From Acidobacteriota bacterium (GTDB lineage Bacteria; Acidobacteriota; JAAYUB01), in assembly GCA_018001935.1 (NCBI GenBank), contig JAGNHB010000017.1:784-64783 (forward strand): 64,000 nt of DNA, in the 5' to 3' direction. The translations under genes were made by a program, and so were the position numbers. The notes below the pieces were generated by a model, which made no database searches, had not been told where the DNA came from, and saw only the letters and a list, made by a program, of their open reading frames with translations. How positions within the stretch are numbered: the first letter of the stretch is position 1; every line of letters begins with the position of its first letter. Positions 1 to 12,156 of this stretch are shown piece by piece.

Positions 1-35
1 GATCGCCGAGGCCGACCGTCGTCCCGATCTGCTGA

Positions 36-2504
36 TTGAACCGGCGGCCGGCGGTGAGCCTCTTCAGACGTCCTGCCGCTCCATCCGGAAGCTGGAATGG
101 ATGCAGAAACGCCTGGAAGCGAACAGTTTCACGACCTTCTGGCCGTAGCGGGCGGCGGGCCATGCCTGACGTTCTCTCCGTCAAAACAGCCGTTTGGCAC
201 TTGACCGTCTGGACGAAAGACGCGGAATCCCCCTGCAGCCGCTTGGCCGCCATGCTGAAAACCCGGGGGAAAGAACTTTCTCCGAGCAGGATTCGCCTGT
301 CCCCCCCCTTGGAGATTCTGGACACCCATCCTCTGCCTGTATCGGCACTGCGTGAACAGGCGGACGAATTGGTTCTCCCCAAACCGGTCTTTTTTGAGAA
401 CAGATTGTACGAGTTCGATTTCCAGTTTTCTGGGGACATGGTCGATCTGCAGCCCCGGGTCGTCCACTGGAGGAAGGACATTGAGGACGGGTTCCACCAG
501 GCTGGAAAAAACCTGCGAGGGGGCATCCATTTCGGCAACGACATCGGGTGGTTCCGACTGGGCCTCGAATTCAGCTTAGGCGGGGCGCGCACCAGACAGC
601 ACCTCTCCTTTGAAGTTTTGCCGATCAAGATGGACTTGGACGGCGATTTCGGCATGATCTGCAAGGATGTGGACGCCGAATACCCGCTTTGGCGGCTTTC
701 TTTCGCCAGGAAGACGGAGCTGGAACTCGCCTCGTCGCGCTGGCCGTACGAGCGGTTCCCCTTGCTCTGGCTGGCTATGTTCCGGGTGCTCCGCCAGGAA
801 CTGGAGGATGCCGTTCGGCTGATCTGCCGATCACCTCACGCCCGGCTTCTGCCGGAAGGGCGTTTCCTGTGCCCGGACCGATTGCGGGGAAAGCTGCCGT
901 CGAAGCAGGAGGAGCGGGTGACCCGGGACCGCATGAACGGAGATCTGCACCGCCGATATCGGGTGGAAACCCGTCGGCTCTCGGTAGACACCCCGGAAAA
1001 CCGCTTTGTGAAGATGGTCCTGACCCGGTGCACGCGTGAACTGTCCGGCTTGGTCAGAAAAGCGCGGCAAAGTGACAGGGCCCCGGACCAAGGGCGGCTC
1101 AGCGATGCGTTTTTCCGAGAACTCCAGTCATGGTTGAAACCCTTGAAACAACGGCTGTCCGAACCACTGTTCCGGGAGACCGGTGATTTTGCGGGGCTGG
1201 CACACGAGTCGTTGGTGCTGCATTACCGAGCCGGCTACGCCAGGGTGTACCGCATATGGCAGGAACTCAAGCTCTACCTCGACCTGTTCGGACAGCGGGC
1301 GTCTGTCTGCCTGAAGTCCGCCGCCGAACTTTACGAGGTCTGGTGCCTGCTGGAAATTCGACGAATGCTGCTCTCCCTCGGGTTTGTTGAATCTATGGCC
1401 AGACGGGGGTCGCTGAAGACCTCCGGCCTGGAAAAAAAACTCGAGGACGGCATGGGGACCGCTTTCTGCTTCACCCGCCGCGACGGTCTGGAGGTCCGGC
1501 TAGCCCATGAACCGCTGTTCGGATTTTGGAATCAGACGGACACCCGGGGTATCTTTTCCTGGACTACGCCACAGAAACCGGACATTCTGCTGGAGGCGTC
1601 GTTTCCCGGCGGCCGCAGAATCCGTTGGGTTTTCGACGCCAAGTACCGTCTTTCTCCAGACGAAACCGGCGAAGACCGCATCCCCGAAGACGCCCTCAAC
1701 CAGATGCACCGATACCGTGACGCGCTGATCCATCTCGAACCGGCGGATGACGGGGTGGCCGAAAAAAGCCGTCCGGTGGTCGGCGCCTTCGTCCTGTACC
1801 CCGGGTTCTACGATGAAATTCTAAGGCCGAATCCGTACGAGGCGGGGATCGAAGCGGTAGGCATCGGCGGCTTCCCGATGTTGCCGGGGAGGGAGAATCG
1901 CTGGCTCAGGGCGTTTCTGAAGGAAAAATTCAGCGACCTTTCCGATGGCTATCTCACGGAGCATATTCCGGAATTCGACGAGCACCTGCTGCACGAGTCG
2001 GTGCGCATCGCGCCCACGGGGCTGAGATTGGCCCGCTACGGCGACCTGGTTCTGGCCGCCTCGCTGGGCGGGACCGCGGGCAGGGACGGCGCATATGTCG
2101 ACCGCTTTCTGACAGGCACGGCCAGCTGGTACCACATCCCGGTCAGCACCACTGACAAGAAAATCGCTCGAACCGTCATGCGCGAACTCCGATTCTGCGC
2201 TGTCGCTGTCCATCGCCCTGACATCCACGACCGATGCATCGAGTATTTGTACGACGTCCTTTCGGTCCGCCGGGTGAAGCGGTGTGAGCTGACCGTCGAG
2301 CAGGCCGGCAAGGTTGAAACCAGCAATCGGAACGACTATTGGCTTCTGCGGCTGGGCAATTCCAGGCGCCTCAAGGAACTGGTGAGCACGGGCGGAACCC
2401 GGCACTTCCGATTCCGACTGACCGGCGCCGCTGAAATCCTCGCTGCCTGTCGGTGGGATAACCTTCCGGATCGATACCCGCGCATCAGTTGCCCTGCGGA
2501 GTGA
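36..2504 (+). CDS. McrC-like PD-(D/E)XK nuclease-family protein (DUF2357/DUF524-like); N-terminus may continue upstream of the window
   Basis: 822-aa ORF with high GC3. It carries TPENRF (DTPENRFVKMVL) and D...E-A-K-like motifs (PDILLEASF...WVFDAKYR), typical of restriction-endonuclease-fold proteins of the DUF2357/DUF524 type. A 320-bp AT-rich gap follows. Confidence 0.6.
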   Translation: MNRRPAVSLFRRPAAPSGSWNGCRNAWKRTVSRPSGRSGRRAMPDVLSVKTAVWHLTVWTKDAESPCSRLAAMLKTRGKELSPSRIRLSPPLEILDTHPLPVSALREQADELVLPKPVFFENRLYEFDFQFSGDMVDLQPRVVHWRKDIEDGFHQAGKNLRGGIHFGNDIGWFRLGLEFSLGGARTRQHLSFEVLPIKMDLDGDFGMICKDVDAEYPLWRLSFARKTELELASSRWPYERFPLLWLAMFRVLRQELEDAVRLICRSPHARLLPEGRFLCPDRLRGKLPSKQEERVTRDRMNGDLHRRYRVETRRLSVDTPENRFVKMVLTRCTRELSGLVRKARQSDRAPDQGRLSDAFFRELQSWLKPLKQRLSEPLFRETGDFAGLAHESLVLHYRAGYARVYRIWQELKLYLDLFGQRASVCLKSAAELYEVWCLLEIRRMLLSLGFVESMARRGSLKTSGLEKKLEDGMGTAFCFTRRDGLEVRLAHEPLFGFWNQTDTRGIFSWTTPQKPDILLEASFPGGRRIRWVFDAKYRLSPDETGEDRIPEDALNQMHRYRDALIHLEPADDGVAEKSRPVVGAFVLYPGFYDEILRPNPYEAGIEAVGIGGFPMLPGRENRWLRAFLKEKFSDLSDGYLTEHIPEFDEHLLHESVRIAPTGLRLARYGDLVLAASLGGTAGRDGAYVDRFLTGTASWYHIPVSTTDKKIARTVMRELRFCAVAVHRPDIHDRCIEYLYDVLSVRRVKRCELTVEQAGKVETSNRNDYWLLRLGNSRRLKELVSTGGTRHFRFRLTGAAEILAACRWDNLPDRYPRISCPAE

Positions 2505-2794
2505 GGGATTCCGCACTTGCTTAGGGAATTTATGAATTTCATAATCAGCGTTTTTTTAGCGTTATTCGCGAGAGATCTCCTTTTCGTGACTTTTGCGGAC
2601 GCGGATAAGGTAAAGAATCTTTCGCACAATTGAGGGGTAGCCCGCCAATCTGCCGGAAGGTGAACTCCATGGCCGGCTGGCTTGTTTCTCCGGTTATTCC
2701 TTCGCAATCTTAAGTTTGCGCCATCCTTTCCGCGGATGAAACCGGTCGAAAACGGCAGCGAGAAGGTCAGGGGGGTAAAGCCAGAAAGACAATT

Positions 2795-2830
2795 GACAAT
2801 TTCACCTTGACAGGTGTAAATGGGAAGTGT
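2795..2830 (+). promoter_or_regulatory. sigma70-like promoter (TTGACA-18 bp-TAAATG) in AT-rich gap upstream of the SNF2 helicase gene
   Basis: gacaattgacaatttcaccttgacaggtgtaaatggg has a -35 TTGACA and a -10-like TAAATG at 18 bp spacing. Local GC is far below the window average. Confidence 0.3.
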
Positions 2831-2982
2831 TGGTTGTTTTCCCATGGCTTAGATGCGGGAACCCGGGCATGTCCCGGGCAGGGTTCATCTTGCCGATCCC
2901 CCGCCGGGGTCGGGACCGGTTAAACGGAATGGCGGCCTCGCGGTCGGCGCCCTGGCGGAGAGTTTCTCCGGGGAAAGGACGG

Positions 2983-6174
<3,192 letters not shown>

Positions 6175-6195
6175 CCGCTGTGGAGGAGGTACGCC

Positions 6196-7725
6196 ATGAT
6201 GGTGCAGAACACTGGCGGGAAGGGCCCTGGCGGGGCCGGTGCCGTCCGGACCGCCCGGGATGCGGGCCTGACCCGTCCCCTCGATCTTCACGTCGGGCTG
6301 GATTTCGGGACGTGCTTTACCAAGCTCTGCTGCCGCCACCTCGGGCGGGACGAGTCCTTCGTGGTCCGGTTGGGCGTCCTGGGGACGGGCCTGGAGGACG
6401 CCCTGATCCCGTCCGTGGTCGGCATCGCCCCGGACGGTCGGCTGGTCGGGGGCCTGACGGAAACCGAGTGGCGGAAGAACCCCGAGCCTTCGCTGCAGCG
6501 GGTCCGCTTCCTGAAAATGCTCCTGGCCGGCGGACGTGTCCCCCATCGGGCCATGAGCTGGGCCGGCGTCAGCGGCCTGAAAACGGCCGACGAGGACCGG
6601 ATCCGCGCCCTCAGCACCTACTTCATCTACCGGGTTCTGGACCGCTTCCGGGGTTGGGCCCGCCACCATTTTCTCGGAGCGGGCAGCACCCGGCCGCTTC
6701 GTCTGTCCTTCAGCCTGGGCGTGCCGGTGGAACAGTTCGACTCCCCGGCGCGGAGGACCTTCCAGGGGGTCCTGAACACCGCCTGCCGGTGGCTGGACGG
6801 CGGACCGATCGACGGCCCCTGGACGCTCGAGCGCGCGCTCAAGCTCATGGCTTCCGGCGAGGGGCGGGAATCCCGGGAGACCGTCGCGGACACGGTGCCG
6901 GAGATCGCCGCGGCGGTCCACGCCTTCCTCGCGTCCCGGCAGTCCCAGCGGGGGGTCTACTTCTACCTGGACATCGGCGGGGGAACCCTGGACGCCGTGG
7001 CCTTCAAACGGTGGGACAAGGACGGCGAGCCCCAGGTGAATTTCTACTGCGGCAAGGTGGAGCCGCTGGGCCTGGATGCCCTGTCCGAGGCCGCCGCGCG
7101 GCGGCTGGACCGGGAGCCGGGAAGCCTCCTGCACTACCTGTCGCGCTCGGAGCCCGGACCCGGGAAGCGTGCGGTTAACCCCCCGGCACCGCGTTTCAGC
7201 TGGATGAAAGGGAAGGAGCCCGCCATGCGGTCCACGGGCCCGGCGAGTCCTGGCCCGGTCGCTGACGAGGGCATTTTTACGCTGCTCGAGCCGGAGCGAC
7301 GGCTGATTCACCGCCAGGTGGGGACCGTGCTGGCGACCTCCCTCAAGAAGGACCCCGTCGCCTTCCGGGCCGGCCGGGGCGACAACCCCTTCCAGAAAGA
7401 CCCGGGGGAGAAGATCTGGGTTTTTTCCGGCGGCGGCGGGGCGGCGTCTACGTTCTATGCGGAGGCCGTGGACGAAGCCTGGCGGCTTCGGCTGAAGCAG
7501 TGCGGGCTGCCGGGGCTCAGCCGCCAGGTCATCGAGGTCCCGGGAGACCTGGAGTTTCTCGGGCTGCCGGCCAGCAGTTACCGTCGCTTCGACATCGCCT
7601 ACGGCTTGTCCATCCCGGAGGAGGACCGTTTCCGGGCCTGGATGCCGAGCCTCTTCGAGCCGCAGGAGGAAGATTCCGGCGCGGCCCGGGGGCTGGACCA
7701 CGTCGACACCCACGACTGGCAGTAG
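6196..7725 (+). CDS. Hsp70/actin-fold (ASKHA) ATPase, NBD-only, no Hsp70 substrate-binding domain
   Basis: Phosphate-1 GLDFGTCFTK, IPSVVGI (compare Hsp70 TPSVVAF), phosphate-2 DIGGGTLDAVAF. RBS GGAGGAGG sits 8 nt upstream. It lies 21 bp after the SNF2 stop. Confidence 0.65.
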   Translation: MMVQNTGGKGPGGAGAVRTARDAGLTRPLDLHVGLDFGTCFTKLCCRHLGRDESFVVRLGVLGTGLEDALIPSVVGIAPDGRLVGGLTETEWRKNPEPSLQRVRFLKMLLAGGRVPHRAMSWAGVSGLKTADEDRIRALSTYFIYRVLDRFRGWARHHFLGAGSTRPLRLSFSLGVPVEQFDSPARRTFQGVLNTACRWLDGGPIDGPWTLERALKLMASGEGRESRETVADTVPEIAAAVHAFLASRQSQRGVYFYLDIGGGTLDAVAFKRWDKDGEPQVNFYCGKVEPLGLDALSEAAARRLDREPGSLLHYLSRSEPGPGKRAVNPPAPRFSWMKGKEPAMRSTGPASPGPVADEGIFTLLEPERRLIHRQVGTVLATSLKKDPVAFRAGRGDNPFQKDPGEKIWVFSGGGGAASTFYAEAVDEAWRLRLKQCGLPGLSRQVIEVPGDLEFLGLPASSYRRFDIAYGLSIPEEDRFRAWMPSLFEPQEEDSGAARGLDHVDTHDWQ

Positions 7726-7743
7726 GGATTGGCCAGCGTTGAT

Positions 7744-7838
7744 GCGTTCGTAAAAAGTACCATCACCCTCCGGGTGATGGCTCAAACAAAGGCTTTACAG
7801 ACACTTTTCCGTCCGTTTTCCGACTTTTTGCGAGGACA
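7744..7838. repeat. IR-L: ~92-bp repeat unit (GC hairpin ccatcaccctccgggtgatgg + T-run on minus strand) in inverted copy relative to 11885..11975
   Basis: The reverse complement matches 11885..11975 nearly base for base (cgcaaaaagtcggaaaacggacg.aaaagtgtctgtaaagcctttgtttgagccatcaccc.gagggtga.ggtactttttgcg). Confidence 0.8.
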
Positions 7839-8286
7839 TCAGCGTTGAGAAATAACTGCTTTTGCTGCAAAAATTTCGCCCCTGGCGGGGCGAGGCGTTC
7901 CCCGCCAGGGTCGACCGGGCCTGCGGTTTTCCGGCGCCGCCTCCGGGGCGCAAGGATTTTCAAATGGCCCGCAACCGGCGGGAGTACCCCCTGCCGGGGG
8001 AACACCCGCCGGCTAATCTCTTTTATCCCTTCGGGATAGGGATTGCCTGGGTGCGGGTTGTTCGCGTTGTGGTTACACAGAATGAAGCCCTGACGGGGTT
8101 CTCCCCGTGCGGTTTGTTCGTCATCGGCCCGGGTTACCCGGGGCGTTCGAAGCGGAGGACGAACCCCTTGCCCGCACCGGCCTTGCCCCGGGTCCCGAGC
8201 GAAGCGCCCCTTTTCCCGCCAGCGTCCCGCCCGGATCCCGACGTCGTCCCGCCCGCGCCCCGCCCGGATCGCGGCCGTTGGCTCTT

Positions 8287-8455
8287 CACCCCGTCAGGGG
8301 TGAAATGTTTGTAGAATAAGCGGTTATCAAGAGTTCCCCCCGCGCGCCGCCGGCCCGGGATGGCGCCCCGCGGCACGATCTCCCCCCGGCGGCGCGCGGG
8401 AGGGGGTGTTTTATAAACCGTTTTACTACAAATGTTTCACCCCTGACGGGGTGAG
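8287..8455. mobile_element. Complete MITE/REP-like composite element (copy A): 30-bp terminal inverted repeats caccccgtcaggggtgaaatgtttgtagaa flanking a ~70-bp GC palindrome cccccgcgcgccgccgg...ccggcggcgcgcggg
   Basis: TIRs sit at 8287-8316 and 8427-8455 with 2 mismatches. The internal hairpin is shared with copies at 22291, 35100 and 60269. Confidence 0.6.
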
Positions 8456-8675
8456 GGCGCGAGGGGGTGACGGGATTGCGGTGGGGTGACGGCGTACGGC
8501 TCGCCCGGCGTACGCGCGCCGAGCCGAGGCGCGCGCCCGGCCGAGGGGGCGTCGGGGGGGGTTACCGCCGGGCTCGGCTCGCCCGGCGTACGGCTCGCTG
8601 TTCGCGGCCGAATGGACGGCCACCCCGCCGCCCTCGCTCCCGGGGTTGCCCCCCCCGCGCTTTCGAATGCGCGGG

Positions 8676-11600
8676 CTACTCGCGGATGCAATTGCGCCCG
8701 TCGCGCTTGGCGCGGTAGAGGGCCGCGTCCGCGGCGGCGACGAGGTCCGCCGGGGCGGCCCGTTCGTCCGGCTTCACCCAGGCCGCGCCGATGCTGACGG
8801 TGACCCGGGGTGACACCGGGGAGGCCGGGTGGGGCAGCCCCAGCGCCTCGACGTGGCGGCGGACGAGTGCGGCGGAGATCAGCACGCTCTCGCGGTTTGC
8901 CCCCGGGACGATCACGGCGAACTCCTCCCCGCCGTACCGGGCGGTGATCTCGCCGGCCCGGGTGTGGGAGTCGGCGATCGCCCCCGCCACGAGCCGGAGA
9001 CACTCGTCGCCGGCCTGGTGCCCCAGCGCGTCGTTGTACTGCTTGAAGTGGTCGATGTCCAGGATCAGCAGGCCCAGCGCCTCCCGCCCCCGCAGGGCGC
9101 GGCGCCACTCCTCGTCCAGCGCCTGGTCGAAGCGCCGGCGGTTCGCGATCCCGGTCAGCGGGTCCTGCTGGGAGAGCTGGTCGAGCCGGGCGTTCGCCGC
9201 CGCCAGTTCCGCGGTGCGCAACGCCACCACCTTCTCGAGCGCCGCCTTCTGGCGGGAGAGATGCCGGGTGCGGAACCGGTAGAGGAACGCCCCCGACAGG
9301 ACCAGGAGCACCATGACGCCCGCCCGGAACCCGACGTGCTGCCACCAGGCGGGGAGGACCTCGATGGGGATCTCGAGGGGGGCGGTCTCGAGGCCGGCCG
9401 CGTCGCGCCCCTTCACCTGCAGGAGGTAGCGCCCGGGCGGAAGCGCCCCGAAGACCCGCTCGTTCGTCTCGACCCAGGGGCCCGGGTGGGGGTCGTAGCC
9501 CAGGAGCTGCCAACTGAAACGGTTCTCGTTTTCCCGCTGCCAGGACAGGAGGGCCACCTTGAACGACAGCTCCCGGGTCGAGGAGGGAATGCACACCGGC
9601 GCCCCCGCCACCTCCCCGCCGTCGGCCTGCACCCGCATCAGCCGCAGCGGTTTGGGGTGCTGCTCGGGGACCGCCCCGGTCGGGTCGTAGACCGACAGGC
9701 CGCCCATGGTGCCGCACCAGTACCGGCCGAGCGTGTCGACGAACTGGGCGTTGGTGTTGCACTCCTCGTGAAGGAGGCCGTCGCGGCGGACGAACACCCG
9801 TTCGTCCCACCCGCCGGACGCCTTCGGGGTCAGCAGCTGCACCCCCGCGTCGGTCGACACGAAAACCCGCCCCCGCGGGTCCCGGATCGCCTGGTAGGCG
9901 GTGGGGACCGGCGGGCGGGGCAATTCGTCCCCCGGCAGCACCCGCGGCCGGAGCGGGTCGGTGATGTCGACGCGGATGATCCCGCTGTTCAGGCTGCCGG
10001 CCCAGAGTATGGGTTTCCCCTCCCGGTCCGGGATGAGCGTGAGCCCCAGCAGGTGGATGTCGGGCAACCCGTCCCCCCGGCCCAGGAAGGTCCAGTCGGT
10101 CCCGTCGAACCGGGCCAGGCCCTGGCTGGTGGTGGCCCACAGCCACGACCGGTCGTCGGCGTCTTTCGACGCCACGATCCGCGTCACCTGCAGGCGTTCG
10201 GAAGCGGACGACGGAAAGGCGGCCCAGCGGCCTTCGCGAAACCGGTACATCCCGCTCTTGCGGGTCGCCACCCAGAGTTCCCGGGCCCCGTCGAAAAACC
10301 GGGAAAGGACGTCCATCACGTGCTGGCCGGCTTCCTTGGGCCAGGGCGTCGGAACGGTTTCGAAGACGGGCCCCTCCCGCACCCGCACCAGTTCCCCGGG
10401 GACGACGGCCGTGAAGAGCGTCGGCTGCCCCTTTTCGTCGGGCGCCCGGACCAGCAGGCGGGAGTTGGAACCCGGCAGGGTGCTGTTCGAGCTGTTGAAG
10501 GTCCTCCACTGCCCGTCCTGGTAAAGGCCGAGGCCGTCACCCGAGGACGCCACCCAGAGGCGCTCGCCGCCGTGCCCGTCCGGCTCCGCCAGGACCCCGA
10601 AGACGCCGTTGGACCGGGAACCGAGGAGCGACACGGTCCGCCAGGGGCTGCCGCCGAGGACGGTCCGCGCCAGCCCCCCCTCGGTGGCCAGCCAGAGGAC
10701 CTCGATGCCCTCGGGGCTCCTCCAGAGGTGCACGTTGCGCACCGCATTCGAGGGAAGCCCGTGACTGCGGCCGAAGGCCTGAACCTGCTCCCCGTTGACG
10801 CGCACCAGGCCGCCGCGCGTCGCCGCCCAGAGGGTGGGCTCCCCGCCGGGAGCGGCGCCGGCCGCCAGGGAGTAGACGATCCGGGTCTCCATCCCGGCCT
10901 CGGTGTCCGCCAGGTTGCGGATGCCCTCGTCGGTGAGCCGGAACAGGCCGGCCCCGTAGGTCGCGATCCAGAGTTCCTCCACCCCGCGGCGACGGACCGT
11001 CAGGAGGTCCTGCACCTGGGCCACCTGCGCCGGGGTGAACCCCGGGGCGCTGAAGCGCTGCCAGGCGCCGCCGCTCTCGCGATACCAGAGCCCTTCGTTG
11101 TTGGTGGAGACCCACAGGCGTTCCCGACCCCCGATTTCCCAGGTTCGGGCCAGGCCGTTGAGGCACCCGGGCGGAAGCTGCCGGTTGCCGGGGTCGGCTC
11201 GCCACCGCCCCGCCACGCGCTGGAAAAGGCCGGCGTCCAGGGTCAGCGCCCAGGTTTCCGTTTCCCCGACGCGGACCGGGACTTCGACCACCCGGAAAAT
11301 CCGTCCGGCCGGGAGCCCGCTTTCCGGCCCCTCGATGTGCCAGCCGGCGGCATCGAGCCGTCCCAGAGCGGAACTGGTGGACGGGGCCCAGAGGTTCCCC
11401 TCGTGGTCGAGCAGGAGGTTTTCCACCACCCCCTGGAGGCCGGGCACCCGGACGGGCTCCCAGCGGTGGCCGTCGTAGCGGTAGAGGCCCTGGGGCGAAC
11501 CCAGCCAGACAAAGCCCACGGCATCGGTGGCCACGGAGACGACCGTGGTGTCCGGCGCGCCGTCCGAGGCGGTGAAGGTCCGGAACGCCGGCAGGCCCAG

Positions 11601-11708
11601 CCGGGACAGGTCGAGCGGGCGGAGCGCCGCGGCCCCGCCGTCCCACCCAGGGACAAAGGCGAAGAGGGCAACCGGGAGAAGGCGGCGGAGGATGGTCAAT
11701 CGCGTCAT
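8676..11708 (-). CDS. Sensor diguanylate cyclase: signal peptide, beta-propeller/Y_Y_Y periplasmic repeats, TM, GGDEF domain
   Basis: The C-terminus has DHFKQYNDALGHQAGDECL and RYGGEEFAVIV (GGEEF). The N-terminus is MTRLTILRRLLPVALFAFVPG. Propeller-like repeats: WLGSPQGLYRYDG, WVSTNNEGLWY. Confidence 0.85.
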   Translation of the reverse strand: MTRLTILRRLLPVALFAFVPGWDGGAAALRPLDLSRLGLPAFRTFTASDGAPDTTVVSVATDAVGFVWLGSPQGLYRYDGHRWEPVRVPGLQGVVENLLLDHEGNLWAPSTSSALGRLDAAGWHIEGPESGLPAGRIFRVVEVPVRVGETETWALTLDAGLFQRVAGRWRADPGNRQLPPGCLNGLARTWEIGGRERLWVSTNNEGLWYRESGGAWQRFSAPGFTPAQVAQVQDLLTVRRRGVEELWIATYGAGLFRLTDEGIRNLADTEAGMETRIVYSLAAGAAPGGEPTLWAATRGGLVRVNGEQVQAFGRSHGLPSNAVRNVHLWRSPEGIEVLWLATEGGLARTVLGGSPWRTVSLLGSRSNGVFGVLAEPDGHGGERLWVASSGDGLGLYQDGQWRTFNSSNSTLPGSNSRLLVRAPDEKGQPTLFTAVVPGELVRVREGPVFETVPTPWPKEAGQHVMDVLSRFFDGARELWVATRKSGMYRFREGRWAAFPSSASERLQVTRIVASKDADDRSWLWATTSQGLARFDGTDWTFLGRGDGLPDIHLLGLTLIPDREGKPILWAGSLNSGIIRVDITDPLRPRVLPGDELPRPPVPTAYQAIRDPRGRVFVSTDAGVQLLTPKASGGWDERVFVRRDGLLHEECNTNAQFVDTLGRYWCGTMGGLSVYDPTGAVPEQHPKPLRLMRVQADGGEVAGAPVCIPSSTRELSFKVALLSWQRENENRFSWQLLGYDPHPGPWVETNERVFGALPPGRYLLQVKGRDAAGLETAPLEIPIEVLPAWWQHVGFRAGVMVLLVLSGAFLYRFRTRHLSRQKAALEKVVALRTAELAAANARLDQLSQQDPLTGIANRRRFDQALDEEWRRALRGREALGLLILDIDHFKQYNDALGHQAGDECLRLVAGAIADSHTRAGEITARYGGEEFAVIVPGANRESVLISAALVRRHVEALGLPHPASPVSPRVTVSIGAAWVKPDERAAPADLVAAADAALYRAKRDGRNCIRE

Positions 11709-11884
11709 GGGTCCTGGGCCTCACCCTGTGATCCGGACGATCGGCGGATATTCTAACAGATATCGGGGGTCCCGTGAAAACCCCGAAAGCAGGTTGAAAG
11801 AGGTTTGGCCGGAATCCCCGGCAACCCGCGGGGGGAGACTGAATTGTGACCCCATTCCCCCGCCGGTATGGTAAGATCGAGGGG

Positions 11885-11975
11885 TTCGCAAAAAGTCGGA
11901 AAACGGACGAAAAAGTGTCTGTAAAGCCTTTGTTTGAGCCATCACCCGGAGGGTGAGGGTACTTTTTGCGACCGT
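11885..11975. repeat. IR-R: inverted partner of 7744..7838; on plus strand reads as hairpin + TACTTTTT intrinsic-terminator-like end
   Basis: Near-identical reverse complement of IR-L. The hairpin ccatcacccggagggtgagggtacttttt lies 180 bp upstream of the FAAL gene start. Confidence 0.8.
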
Positions 11976-12156
11976 GTCAGGCTTGCCCGTCCCGGCCTCG
12001 ACACTCTCGGCACCGCTCTGGAAGGCGTCGCCACGGCGGCCGACCCTCGAGGAGGACAAACATGCGGGAAGTGTGTTTTCTCGTCTCCGACGACGCCGAC
12101 CGGGGGACCGGCCGGCTGAAGGCCGTCAGGACGGGGTGCGGCGGGGGGCGACGTTC

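Noticed and set aside
7862-8314. 150-aa ORF across the MITE-like element, plus small ORFs reading through IR-L and IR-R (7763-8005 -, 11721-12059 -)
   Set aside because: They lie entirely within repeat or hairpin DNA. The same sequence would be 'coding' in both inverted copies in different frames.
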